A DNA stretch of 10,962 bases from Candidatus Hadarchaeum sp. (lineage in GTDB: Archaea; Hadarchaeota; Hadarchaeia; Hadarchaeales; Hadarchaeaceae), in the NCBI RefSeq assembly GCF_049969415.1, contig NZ_JBMFOX010000034.1, positions 1 to 10,962 on the forward strand, read 5' to 3'. This document shows positions 1 through 7,470 of the stretch, in pieces (position 1 is the first letter of the stretch; each line of letters begins with the position of its first letter). The position numbers and the translations under genes were made by a program. A model generated the notes under the pieces. That model saw only the letters and a list, made by a program, of their open reading frames with translations, did no database searches and was not told the origin of the DNA.

Positions 1-158
1 CAGACTATCAGACCGTCATAGGTGGCTCCGATCCTGAGCACCCGTATTCTCGACTTTTGAGGGTTCACCAGCCCTTCCTTGGCGTAACTACAGGCAATCT
101 CACAGTTACGGCATCCGGTGCAGTCAAGCGGGTCAATATACAATATTTTCCTTGACAT
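1..158 (-). CDS. 4Fe-4S dicluster protein (DmsB/CooF/HydN-type electron-transfer subunit), N-terminal part, runs off the window
   Basis: Not in the ORF track. Manual translation from ATG at 158 gives MSRKILYIDPLDCTGCRNCEIACSYAKEGLVNPQKSRIRVLRIGATYDGLIV. It has CxxCxxCxxxC followed by the typical NPxxSRIRV segment. GGGTGA RBS lies 6 nt upstream and overlaps the stop of the previous gene. Confidence 0.9.
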   Translation of the reverse strand, partial: MSRKILYIDPLDCTGCRNCEIACSYAKEGLVNPQKSRIRVLRIGATYDGLIV

Positions 159-164
159 CCTTGT

Positions 165-1247
165 TCACCCCAGCTTTATCGCGCGGGTTGGGCAGAGGGT
201 GGCGCAGAGTCCGCAACCGAAACAGGATTTCTCATCCACTTCTGCCGCGCCTTCGTGTATCTTTATCGCCGCATAGGCACAAGCCCGTTCGCAAACACCG
301 CAGCCGTTGCACAAATTAAAGTCCACGGTCGGTATCCTGTAGGCAAACGAGGGCTCCTCTCTAAGATATTTCAAGGACAGCCCCCGGATTTCCTCCAAGC
401 TATCGTGTCCGAGCGCAGCTACAATTTCGTCAATTTCCTTAACTATCCTTGAAAAGACTCCCAGTCCCTTGAGGATGGCCGCGGTGTGGAGATGGACGCA
501 GGTGGCTCCGGCCATTAAGAATTCAACGGCATCCTTGCCATCGCTGATGCCGCCACCGCCGACGACCGGGATCTTTACAATTTTGGCCATTTCAGCAACG
601 CATCTCAGCGCCACGGGTTTTATGGCGGGGCCAGAGAGGTAACCGAAACCGAACTTTGAGCCCAGCAAGGGTTTACCTGTTTTCACGTCTATGACCAGCG
701 CTGGTCCTAGCGTATTGATTCCGGAGATGTAATCGGCTCCAGCCTTTTCAATTCCTTTGGCGTATCCCGGGATGTCCTTAACATCGGGGCCGATTTTTAC
801 TCCCACAGGAATGGAGACGGTTTCCTTGACCCTGCGGATGTCTTCTTGAAGTTGTTCAAGCGGAGGATTGGCGACGGGAAGTTCCAACATATCGGCTCCG
901 GCGGCTTCTAGGAGTTTAGCCATTTTCATTTCCTCCTCGATGTCACCGAGGATGCTAACGATCACCGGCTTCTTTCCCTCCTTGGCTATTTTCATCTGTT
1001 GGCAGAGCTGCATGGTGCTGAGTGCGGACCAGTCATGATTGATCATGTTACCGCTTCCGATGGCGGCCATGCATGGTCGAGGCGTGTCCTCTTCCTTGGG
1101 ATAAACGGTTTTGACCACAACCGCGCCAATGCCGTGATGCTCTGCGGCTTTCTTGACCGCCAGTCCATCCTTGCTCAGGGGTCCCGGGGCCAGTATCGTC
1201 GGAAATTCCAGCCTCAGTCCTGCAAAGTTTACTTCGAGGTCGACCGT
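165..1247 (-). CDS. Dihydroorotate/dihydropyrimidine dehydrogenase (class 1 DHOD/PreA)-like FMN enzyme with a C-terminal 2x[4Fe-4S] domain and a divergent active site
   Basis: Motifs present: GAVVVKT, PVGVKIGP, INT, LSGPAIKP, GGGIS, AGA and two CxxCxxCxxxC. The frame stays open upstream of the track start (1118) and encodes VDLEVNFAGLRLEFPTILAPG, the typical DHOD N-terminus. The best start is ACG at 1247, 4 nt after GGGTGA. The start position is an inference. Confidence 0.85.
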   Translation of the reverse strand, partial: TVDLEVNFAGLRLEFPTILAPGPLSKDGLAVKKAAEHHGIGAVVVKTVYPKEEDTPRPCMAAIGSGNMINHDWSALSTMQLCQQMKIAKEGKKPVIVSILGDIEEEMKMAKLLEAAGADMLELPVANPPLEQLQEDIRRVKETVSIPVGVKIGPDVKDIPGYAKGIEKAGADYISGINTLGPALVIDVKTGKPLLGSKFGFGYLSGPAIKPVALRCVAEMAKIVKIPVVGGGGISDGKDAVEFLMAGATCVHLHTAAILKGLGVFSRIVKEIDEIVAALGHDSLEEIRGLSLKYLREEPSFAYRIPTVDFNLCNGCGVCERACAYAAIKIHEGAAEVDEKSCFGCGLCATLCPTRAIKLG

Positions 1248-1257
1248 TTTTTCACCC

Positions 1258-2649
1258 TCAGCGTCTGGGCAGCTTCCAGACGGGGTTTATTGGAGTTTCG
1301 ATGGCGCGCTCTTGGTACTTCTCAGCTTGACGCTGGGCCCTCTCGAGCAGGCTGTCCTCGTCCACGGTTAATATCCTTTTATTTCTCACCACGATTTTGC
1401 CATCCACCATAACGGTGTCAACATCAGAACCGCGGCAGCTGAAGGCTAAAATGTCAAGCTTGTTCAAAGACGGCGTCAATTTGGCTTTGCCGGAAAAATC
1501 GACGAGGATTATATCTGCCTTTTTGTTCGGTTCTAGGGACCCTATTTCACGGTCACTGCCGAGAACCTTGGCACCGCCCATCGTGGCCAGATGCAGGGCT
1601 TGAGAAGACGGCAGCAGGCCCCCGTCTAGGTAGTAGAGGCGCAGCAAGGCCATGGAAAAGGTCATCAGCTCAAACATATCGTAGATGTTGACGCCGTCTA
1701 TGCCTAGGCCGACCTTACCATTTCTTTTGATCAGCTCCACGGCGGGAGCCAGCCCGTTGGCGTAAAAGGCATTGCTTTTGACGTTGAAGGACAGCCCCAC
1801 GTTGCTTCTTCGCCAGATCTCCAACTCCTTTTTGGAGATGTAGATCCCGTGAGCAGCAGCAACGTCAGGGCCCAAAAAACCAATTGAGTCCAGAAACTCG
1901 ACCGAACCGTCAACATGATATCTATTTTTTATCATCTCGACTTCATAGGTGCTCTGGGCGATGTGAATCTGAATACCACATTTATGTCTGTTGGCTATTT
2001 CCCGCGCTTTGATTAGTGTTTCCGGTGTGCAGGAGAAGCAGGTATGTATCCCCATCATCCCCCGAACGCGGGCATCTCTTTTATAATTTCTTTCCTTGAT
2101 GAAGGCTTCGTTTTCCCTTAGACCCATTTTGCCCTTGCTCAGGCTGACGCGATCGGTGGTTTCAAAGGAGAGGAATGCCCTGATTCCAGCCTCGTCGCAG
2201 GCCCTACCTGCGTGTTCCAGCGCCCCGGGAAGAAGGTTTTGGCCCTCCTGAAGGTCCGCGGTGCAAGTGATCCCATTCTTCAGCATTTCCACTGAAGCGA
2301 GAAGCACCCCAACGAAGACGTCTTCTTTGGTGCAAGTATCCTCAATTTTTGGCCACCACCAGCGCGTGAGAAGACTGCCAAAATCACCGGCCACCTCCGG
2401 TTGCAGCGGGATATCCATATACCGGGTTAAGGAGTTGTACATGTGATGGTGGGGCGTAACAAATCCGGGCAATATGGCCTTTCCTTTGGCATCAATGACC
2501 TCCTCAGCGCGGTATTTTCTTTTAATTTCCGCTGTTTTGCCCACGGCCAGAATTCGATTTCCCTCAACGACCAAGGCGCCGTCGTCTATAATTCTATTCA
2601 TCCGGTCCATGGTCACCAAAAATCCATTCGTGATGATGAAATCCGCCAT
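1258..2649 (-). CDS. Metal-dependent amidohydrolase, SsnA/chlorohydrolase/nucleobase-deaminase-like
   Basis: PGFVTPHHHMY (HxH metal motif), HIAQ, AAHG, GLGIDG (Asp ligand), TMGGAKVLG, IGSLEPNKKADII, DVDTVMVDG. FETTDR, the Trp-rich segment and the short DGxxxxDMF resemble the SsnA subfamily as I recall it. Confidence 0.9.
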   Translation of the reverse strand: MADFIITNGFLVTMDRMNRIIDDGALVVEGNRILAVGKTAEIKRKYRAEEVIDAKGKAILPGFVTPHHHMYNSLTRYMDIPLQPEVAGDFGSLLTRWWWPKIEDTCTKEDVFVGVLLASVEMLKNGITCTADLQEGQNLLPGALEHAGRACDEAGIRAFLSFETTDRVSLSKGKMGLRENEAFIKERNYKRDARVRGMMGIHTCFSCTPETLIKAREIANRHKCGIQIHIAQSTYEVEMIKNRYHVDGSVEFLDSIGFLGPDVAAAHGIYISKKELEIWRRSNVGLSFNVKSNAFYANGLAPAVELIKRNGKVGLGIDGVNIYDMFELMTFSMALLRLYYLDGGLLPSSQALHLATMGGAKVLGSDREIGSLEPNKKADIILVDFSGKAKLTPSLNKLDILAFSCRGSDVDTVMVDGKIVVRNKRILTVDEDSLLERAQRQAEKYQERAIETPINPVWKLPRR

Positions 2650-2676
2650 ATTTTCCTGTTAAATTTGAGCAAATAC

Positions 2677-2690
2677 AATAAAAACTTTTG
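2677..2690 (-). promoter_or_regulatory. Putative BRE/TATA promoter of the amidohydrolase operon
   Basis: The minus strand reads CAAAAG TTTTTATT, ending about 27 nt before the ATG at 2649. Confidence 0.55.
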
Positions 2691-2710
2691 TGAAAATGAG
2701 ATGATCCCGA

Positions 2711-2734
2711 ATTTAAATTAGAAATTTATCAATT
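2711..2734 (-). promoter_or_regulatory. Candidate transcription-factor site, copy 1 of a shared motif
   Basis: The minus strand reads AATTGATA-aattt-CTAATTTAAAT. A near-identical copy lies at 3928-3951. Confidence 0.4.
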
Positions 2735-2781
2735 TTTGATTTAAAGTGCAAAAAAGAAGCTAGCTGAAGCCAGAAAGGTTT

Positions 2782-2822
2782 AAAAAAAAATATCCTCTGG
2801 AGATTATAATTATCTCTAGAGG
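2782..2822 (-). terminator. Hairpin plus U9 terminator of the BMP gene
   Basis: The minus strand reads CCTCTAGAGAT-aattata-ATCTCCAGAGG-ATA-TTTTTTTTT. The 11-bp stem has one mismatch and includes the TAG stop. Confidence 0.7.
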
Positions 2823-3847
2823 CTGATGTTTTTCACCAGTTCCTTGACGTTTATTTTGCCGGATATGATGTCCTGCTTCGCCCGTTCCATCTCGTCCAGA
2901 ACGCTCTGGGGGATCTGATCCTTCAGCGCGTAGAAAGGAGTCAAGGTCACTCCTCCCGTCTTTAGATCTGCGGGGTATATTGACTTGAATTGTCCTGCTT
3001 TGATATCGAGCATTATCGTCTTGTAGTGGGAGTAGGAGTCCCAAATTGCGCTGGTTACGATGATGTTGGGGTTGATTGAGTGGGTGTCGCCCTCGCAGCC
3101 GAAGACGTAGGCCTTGCCGGTCTCTTGGGCAGCCATGATGGCACCTAGAACAGGACCGTCAGTCATCGGAGCAAGGAAGTCGGCACCGGCCTCAATCTGC
3201 GCCCTGGCTGTATCCTTTCCCAACGTGGCGTCCATGAAGCTACCAGTAACTGCGTAGAGAACTTTGGCGTTGGGGTTAACGCTGAGCACTCCAGCTTTGA
3301 ATCCCTTTGACCACTCGACGATGCCAGGAACTTCAAGCGGACAGAGAGTGCCGACAATGTTGGTCTTAGTCATTCTGCCCGCGAGTATTCCAAGCAGGTA
3401 GTAGGCCTCTTCCAAGTAAGACCAGACGACCGAGGCATTTGGCGGAAAGTCGGGTGCCAGCATAGCAGTGGTGACAAAGTATGAGTTGGGATACTTCTGG
3501 GCGGCTTCTCTGGTCGTGTCCACGAACTGAGATCCATGTTGAATTATGAGATCATAACCCTCTGCAGCATATCCGCTTGCAATTCTCACGGCGTCTGGAA
3601 CCGCTACTTGTTCGGTGTAGGAGAACTTGTCGGCAATCCCCTCCGCAACCAGCCTCGACACAGCTTGGTAGGCAGGACCGTTCCAAGTAAGGTCGGTTAT
3701 CACATCAGGCAACAACAGGGCTATCTTCCACTGTTTGGCACCGGTAGTTGCAGCAGGAGCTCCGGGTTGAGTTGCAACGTAGGCTGCGGCCACTGCGATA
3801 ATTGCAATCACTAAAATCACACCGGCAATCATTCCAGTTTTTGGCAT
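2816..3847 (-). CDS. BMP-family (purine/nucleoside) ABC transporter substrate-binding protein with an N-terminal membrane anchor
   Basis: KIALLLPDVITDLTWN, GYDLIIQHGSQF, AYYLLGILAGRMTKTNIVG, GFKAG, GSFMD, GAD and TSA match the BMP/PnrA-like pattern. The hydrophobic N-terminus has no lipobox Cys. GGAGGT RBS at 3853-3858. Confidence 0.9.
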   Translation of the reverse strand: MPKTGMIAGVILVIAIIAVAAAYVATQPGAPAATTGAKQWKIALLLPDVITDLTWNGPAYQAVSRLVAEGIADKFSYTEQVAVPDAVRIASGYAAEGYDLIIQHGSQFVDTTREAAQKYPNSYFVTTAMLAPDFPPNASVVWSYLEEAYYLLGILAGRMTKTNIVGTLCPLEVPGIVEWSKGFKAGVLSVNPNAKVLYAVTGSFMDATLGKDTARAQIEAGADFLAPMTDGPVLGAIMAAQETGKAYVFGCEGDTHSINPNIIVTSAIWDSYSHYKTIMLDIKAGQFKSIYPADLKTGGVTLTPFYALKDQIPQSVLDEMERAKQDIISGKINVKELVKNISL

Positions 3848-3882
3848 TCTTAACCTCCATCAAGAGACTTCAAGTTGGGCTG

Positions 3883-3896
3883 ATATAAATGTTTGG
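3883..3896 (-). promoter_or_regulatory. Putative BRE/TATA promoter of the BMP gene
   Basis: The minus strand reads CCAAAC ATTTATAT about 35 nt before the ATG, leaving room for the RBS. Confidence 0.6.
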
Positions 3897-3927
3897 TCAA
3901 CCCTGTTTGGAAATTTCAGCACTAGGG

Positions 3928-3951
3928 ATTAAATTTAGGTGGATATCAATT
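3928..3951 (-). promoter_or_regulatory. Candidate transcription-factor site, copy 2 of a shared motif
   Basis: The minus strand reads AATTGATA-tccac-CTAAATTTAAT. Confidence 0.4.
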
Positions 3952-4023
3952 AATTTTTCTAACGTGGAGTAACAATGAGGTAATTGTTTATTAGCGTCGG
4001 GAAGAATAAATAAGGGGTGAGTT

Positions 4024-4422
4024 ATGTTCAAAAATATGGTTCTTTGCGTTACCGAGGCCACGCCGGAGGATGTGGTTCAGGTTGCCATAAAGCTCTGTTC
4101 CAAGGAAACCAAAGTTTTCGCGCTGCACGTGGTGCGGCTCTTGAGCGAATTCTCCAAAAAGGATGCCTTGGAAAGGTTCTCTTGGGTCATTGAAGCCTTT
4201 GAGAGAAAGGGATTGAAGAGCCAGCTGGAAATTATCGAATCCACGGATGTCGGCAGGGCAATCGTTTCCTTTGCTAAGAAAAATTCCTGCGACGTGATCG
4301 TTACCGGCACCATTCCGAAAAAAGGGCTGCTTGGTGTCTTTTCCGAGAGCATTTCAGATTATATCGTCAAGTATGCCCCCTGCACCGTGATTTTGGTGAG
4401 AAAGGCCAACCTACCGCCGTGA
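4024..4422 (+). CDS. Universal stress protein (UspA domain)
   Basis: MFKNMVL, ALHVV, AIVSFAKKNSCDVIVTG, SISDYIVKYAPCTVILVR. GGGGTGA RBS 3 nt upstream and a TTTATTA box at 3987-3993. Confidence 0.92.
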   Translation: MFKNMVLCVTEATPEDVVQVAIKLCSKETKVFALHVVRLLSEFSKKDALERFSWVIEAFERKGLKSQLEIIESTDVGRAIVSFAKKNSCDVIVTGTIPKKGLLGVFSESISDYIVKYAPCTVILVRKANLPP

Positions 4423-4459
4423 CGGCAATTTGGCCAATGATGACGAGGGACAGCAATTT

Positions 4460-5830
4460 ATGAACCTGATTTCCTTAGCGCCCATCATAGTCTTTGCCGC
4501 AACAATTTTTCTCGTCTTCAAGCACCCGATAGTGAGGATTCCGTTTACGCGAAGGCACATCCACTTGGATTATGGGTTGGCCCCGCTGTTCGGAGTGCTC
4601 GTTTTGATGGCCTTTGGCTCCATCAATTTTGATACTATCTTGCGAGGGATATTGGGCTCAGGTACGGTGACACCTTACGCAATAATAATACTGATTATCT
4701 CGCTTTCTTACATCTGCGTTTCCTTGGACTACACTGGGCTGTTTGAATACATCTCGCTGCGCTTCGCCCAGTATGCAGGAGGATCAGGAAGGAGGCTCTT
4801 CATCTACTTTTTCCTGCTCAGCAGCCTACTCACGGTGGTGACCGAGAACGATATAGTGATCCTAACGATGACGCCGATAATATTTTATTTCAGCCAGCGC
4901 GCGAAGGTGAATCCGGTTCCCTACCTTATCGCACAGTTCTTTGCCGCCAACATCCTGAGCATGATGCTGTACATCGGCAACCCCGCCAACATCATCGCGG
5001 CCGATTCGATTGGGATGTCCTTTTTGGATTTTTTAAAATGGATGTTCCTTCCATCGGTGGTGGCGATGGTCACCTGCTTGATTATGCTGATGCTAATCTT
5101 CTGGAGGAAGTTACCGGTAGAGACGGAGATGCCGGCCGTGGATCCGAACTTAGCCATAAAAAACAAAAGCGGGGCCGTGTTTGGCACCGTCCTGTTTATC
5201 ATCACCATTGTTTTGATGAGCGTTCCCACCAGCATCCTAGGAATGCCTCTGTGGGTGTTGACCTCAATCTCCGCCGGGATAATGGTCGTCTTCGACATCA
5301 TATACTATCACTATGTTGAGCCGAAAAGGACGGGGCAACGGTCCAGTATTTCTATAATAAGTTCTAGAATGCCTTGGAAGACGATACCATTCGTCGTAGG
5401 GCTTTTCATAATTGTTGAGGACTTGGTCTCAAAGGGCTGGACAGATTTCCTCGCCTCGCAGCTTTCTTCAATCACCGGAAGCTTGGTGGCCACAGTTTTT
5501 GGAATTATCTGTTTAACCTCTTTTGCCGCAGGACTGATGAATAATCAGCCGATGACAATATTTTTTGTTAGGATCTTCCAGAGCCCTTCTTTTGAAGCCT
5601 CGGCAGCGGCGCGAACTGGTTCAACCTTGGCGCTGGTAGCTGGTGCCAACTTTGGTGCCAACTTGACTCTGGTTGGGGTGCTGGCAGGAATTCTGTGGGC
5701 CAGTATTTTATCCGAAAAAGGAGTGCAGATATCGTTTTCAGGGTTCTCAAGATATGGCCTCTTAGTAATGCCCGTGGTAATTTTTTCGGCAGGTTTAACA
5801 TTGGCATTTGAATTATTATTGTGGAGTTGA
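4460..5830 (+). CDS. ArsB/NhaD-superfamily anion permease
   Basis: Many transmembrane segments. Motifs ENDIVILTMTP, GNPANII, NNQP and GANFGANLTLVGVLAGILW. I prefer ATG 4460, which follows GAGGGA, over the track's TTG at 4430. Confidence 0.88.
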   Translation: MNLISLAPIIVFAATIFLVFKHPIVRIPFTRRHIHLDYGLAPLFGVLVLMAFGSINFDTILRGILGSGTVTPYAIIILIISLSYICVSLDYTGLFEYISLRFAQYAGGSGRRLFIYFFLLSSLLTVVTENDIVILTMTPIIFYFSQRAKVNPVPYLIAQFFAANILSMMLYIGNPANIIAADSIGMSFLDFLKWMFLPSVVAMVTCLIMLMLIFWRKLPVETEMPAVDPNLAIKNKSGAVFGTVLFIITIVLMSVPTSILGMPLWVLTSISAGIMVVFDIIYYHYVEPKRTGQRSSISIISSRMPWKTIPFVVGLFIIVEDLVSKGWTDFLASQLSSITGSLVATVFGIICLTSFAAGLMNNQPMTIFFVRIFQSPSFEASAAARTGSTLALVAGANFGANLTLVGVLAGILWASILSEKGVQISFSGFSRYGLLVMPVVIFSAGLTLAFELLLWS

Positions 5831-5908
5831 ACGACTTTATCTAAAGGCGTCTCCGACAATCGGTCACCCATTTTTAATTACGGTTGTTCCAAATTTTTGG
5901 TGGGTGAA

Positions 5909-6277
5909 ATGGCCGCAGGGGTGGCAGCTTCTGATATTATAAGAGCCATGCTAAGGGCGGGTTATCCTACAAATGAAATTTATGATTTACTGGTTGAAGC
6001 CGGATTAAAAGGAGAACAGGTGCAACTGTTGATAGAACGAGTGGCGCTTGAGTTTGGTCAGGCAAATATGGAGCCAAGGCCTTCGCGCACCGTCGCTGAA
6101 CTGAGCAGGTTTTTCTTGGACCCGTTTAACAACTTTGCGCAGGAGATTCGATCTCAAGTAGAGCTGTTTTCATTAAAGCAAGAAATGATGGGAAAAGAGA
6201 TTGAAAATTTAAAACAACTTCTGGTTGTTTTGCTGCGAAGATTCGAGGCTAAGAAGTCAGAGAAAAAAGAATTTTGA
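5909..6277 (+). CDS. Hypothetical protein, small helical N-terminal domain plus a likely C-terminal coiled coil
   Basis: The ORF fills the intergenic gap. ATG 5909 follows GGTGGGTGA, with a TTTTTAAT box at 5871-5878. Heptad-like C-terminus (LKQEMMGKEIENLKQLL). Confidence 0.7.
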   Translation: MAAGVAASDIIRAMLRAGYPTNEIYDLLVEAGLKGEQVQLLIERVALEFGQANMEPRPSRTVAELSRFFLDPFNNFAQEIRSQVELFSLKQEMMGKEIENLKQLLVVLLRRFEAKKSEKKEF

Positions 6278-6294
6278 CAAAAAGATAACTTTAG

Positions 6295-7470
6295 CTACTG
6301 GACAAATATCATGAAAGGTCTGGGGCTGAAGATGGTGATGATTGTTTTGAATTCCTTCTCTGAAAACTTCCACCGGTAGGCGAGGGGCAGATGGGCGCAG
6401 AAGTCACCACAGGGGCGCGGGATGTTCGGGTTGTCAAAGTCGAAGATTTCCTCGACGGGGCTTTCCTCAGTTTCGATAGTTACTTCCCATTGTCCCCACC
6501 AGATAGTGGCTCCGGAGGTTCCCAATGGGATTGGTGTCGCTGTGGGCAAGCCAAGCAAGCCTGCCGGATCTTGGCGCCTGTAGTCGACGTTTTTGACCTT
6601 AAGGTCACGGTAAACCGATATTCCCGGAGTTTTTCTGAGCGGGGTGGGGGGCAGGAGCTCATAGATATTTTCTCGACATACGATTAACTTCTTGCCTGGC
6701 CCGTTTAACAAATCAATCGCGATTGTGGTGAGGTCCGCTTCGGTTTTTAAGTAGTCCGTTGAGCCGAAGATTTCAAGTTCTTTGATTGACCAAGCGGCTT
6801 CGAAAGCCAACGCAGTTCTGGAGCGGTTGAGCGTTACTTTCTCGGCTAAAATCAAATCGGTTAAAACCCTTGAGTATTCCAGAGCCGTCCAAATTCCTAT
6901 GATATCCCCTATCCCTGCCCTGAACTCTTCCATTTTCTGCGCTAAGAGAAAATATCTTGAATCCACCAGAATAGCGGTATTCTCCAGCGAAGCTGAAATC
7001 CGGGTATTGCTGTCCTGGGAGGTGATCATTACCCTCGAGCCTTCAGGGAAAGTTACATCGGCAAGCACGAAGCCACTATCGGATTCCGAAATTTTTATCA
7101 GATGATCCCTCTTGTCAGAGGGGATGACTAATTCAATTCTGGAGCCATGGCGGCTGGATTCAATTTCTGATATTGCCACATGAAAGTATTTCGTCGCCAG
7201 TACTTCAATTTCCGCTAACGCGTTTTCCGAATAATCGCTAGCTTTTTTGCAAACTTCCCACAACGCTTTGAAAACGGCTTGCTTAGCGATTAACCGGATA
7301 TTTTGATAAATCTCCGCGGCAGTCGTGAAAAGGGACGACTGTGATGAGTCGAAAATAATATTCAGCGCCCTGTGGTGCCGGTGAAACTCTGCTTGAGCCA
7401 GCATGGCGATGATGACCAAAACCACGATTGCTCCCGCAGCACTGAAGGGAATAAAACCTCGTTCTTTCAT
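6295..7470 (-). CDS. Large prepilin-like (class III signal peptide) protein, possible minor pilin or adhesin
   Basis: MKERG|FIPFSAAGAIVVLVIIAMLA: basic residue, Gly, then a hydrophobic helix. ATGA overlap with the upstream gene. Confidence 0.75.
   Translation of the reverse strand: MKERGFIPFSAAGAIVVLVIIAMLAQAEFHRHHRALNIIFDSSQSSLFTTAAEIYQNIRLIAKQAVFKALWEVCKKASDYSENALAEIEVLATKYFHVAISEIESSRHGSRIELVIPSDKRDHLIKISESDSGFVLADVTFPEGSRVMITSQDSNTRISASLENTAILVDSRYFLLAQKMEEFRAGIGDIIGIWTALEYSRVLTDLILAEKVTLNRSRTALAFEAAWSIKELEIFGSTDYLKTEADLTTIAIDLLNGPGKKLIVCRENIYELLPPTPLRKTPGISVYRDLKVKNVDYRRQDPAGLLGLPTATPIPLGTSGATIWWGQWEVTIETEESPVEEIFDFDNPNIPRPCGDFCAHLPLAYRWKFSEKEFKTIITIFSPRPFMIFVQ

Noticed and set aside
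165-1247. Calling the gene pyrD or preA
   Set aside because: The catalytic motif is absent and there is no pyrK, preT or pyr operon context in the window.
3780-3847. Class III (bindosome-like) signal peptide on the BMP protein (MPKTG|MI)
   Set aside because: The residue before Gly is Thr, and an ordinary membrane anchor explains the sequence. Not excluded, but unsupported.
3890-3910. Direct repeat TGTTTGG x2 next to the BMP TATA box
   Set aside because: It is only 7 bp, has two copies, and is not seen in the other promoter.
5641-5664. Tandem 12-bp repeat TGGTGCCAACTT x2
   Set aside because: It encodes GANF-GANL of the conserved ArsB/NhaD motif and has only two copies.
6390-6415. CGDFCAH near the C-terminus of the 391-aa protein as a heme c site
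   Set aside because: The spacing is Cx3CxH, not CxxCH. A disulfide is more likely.
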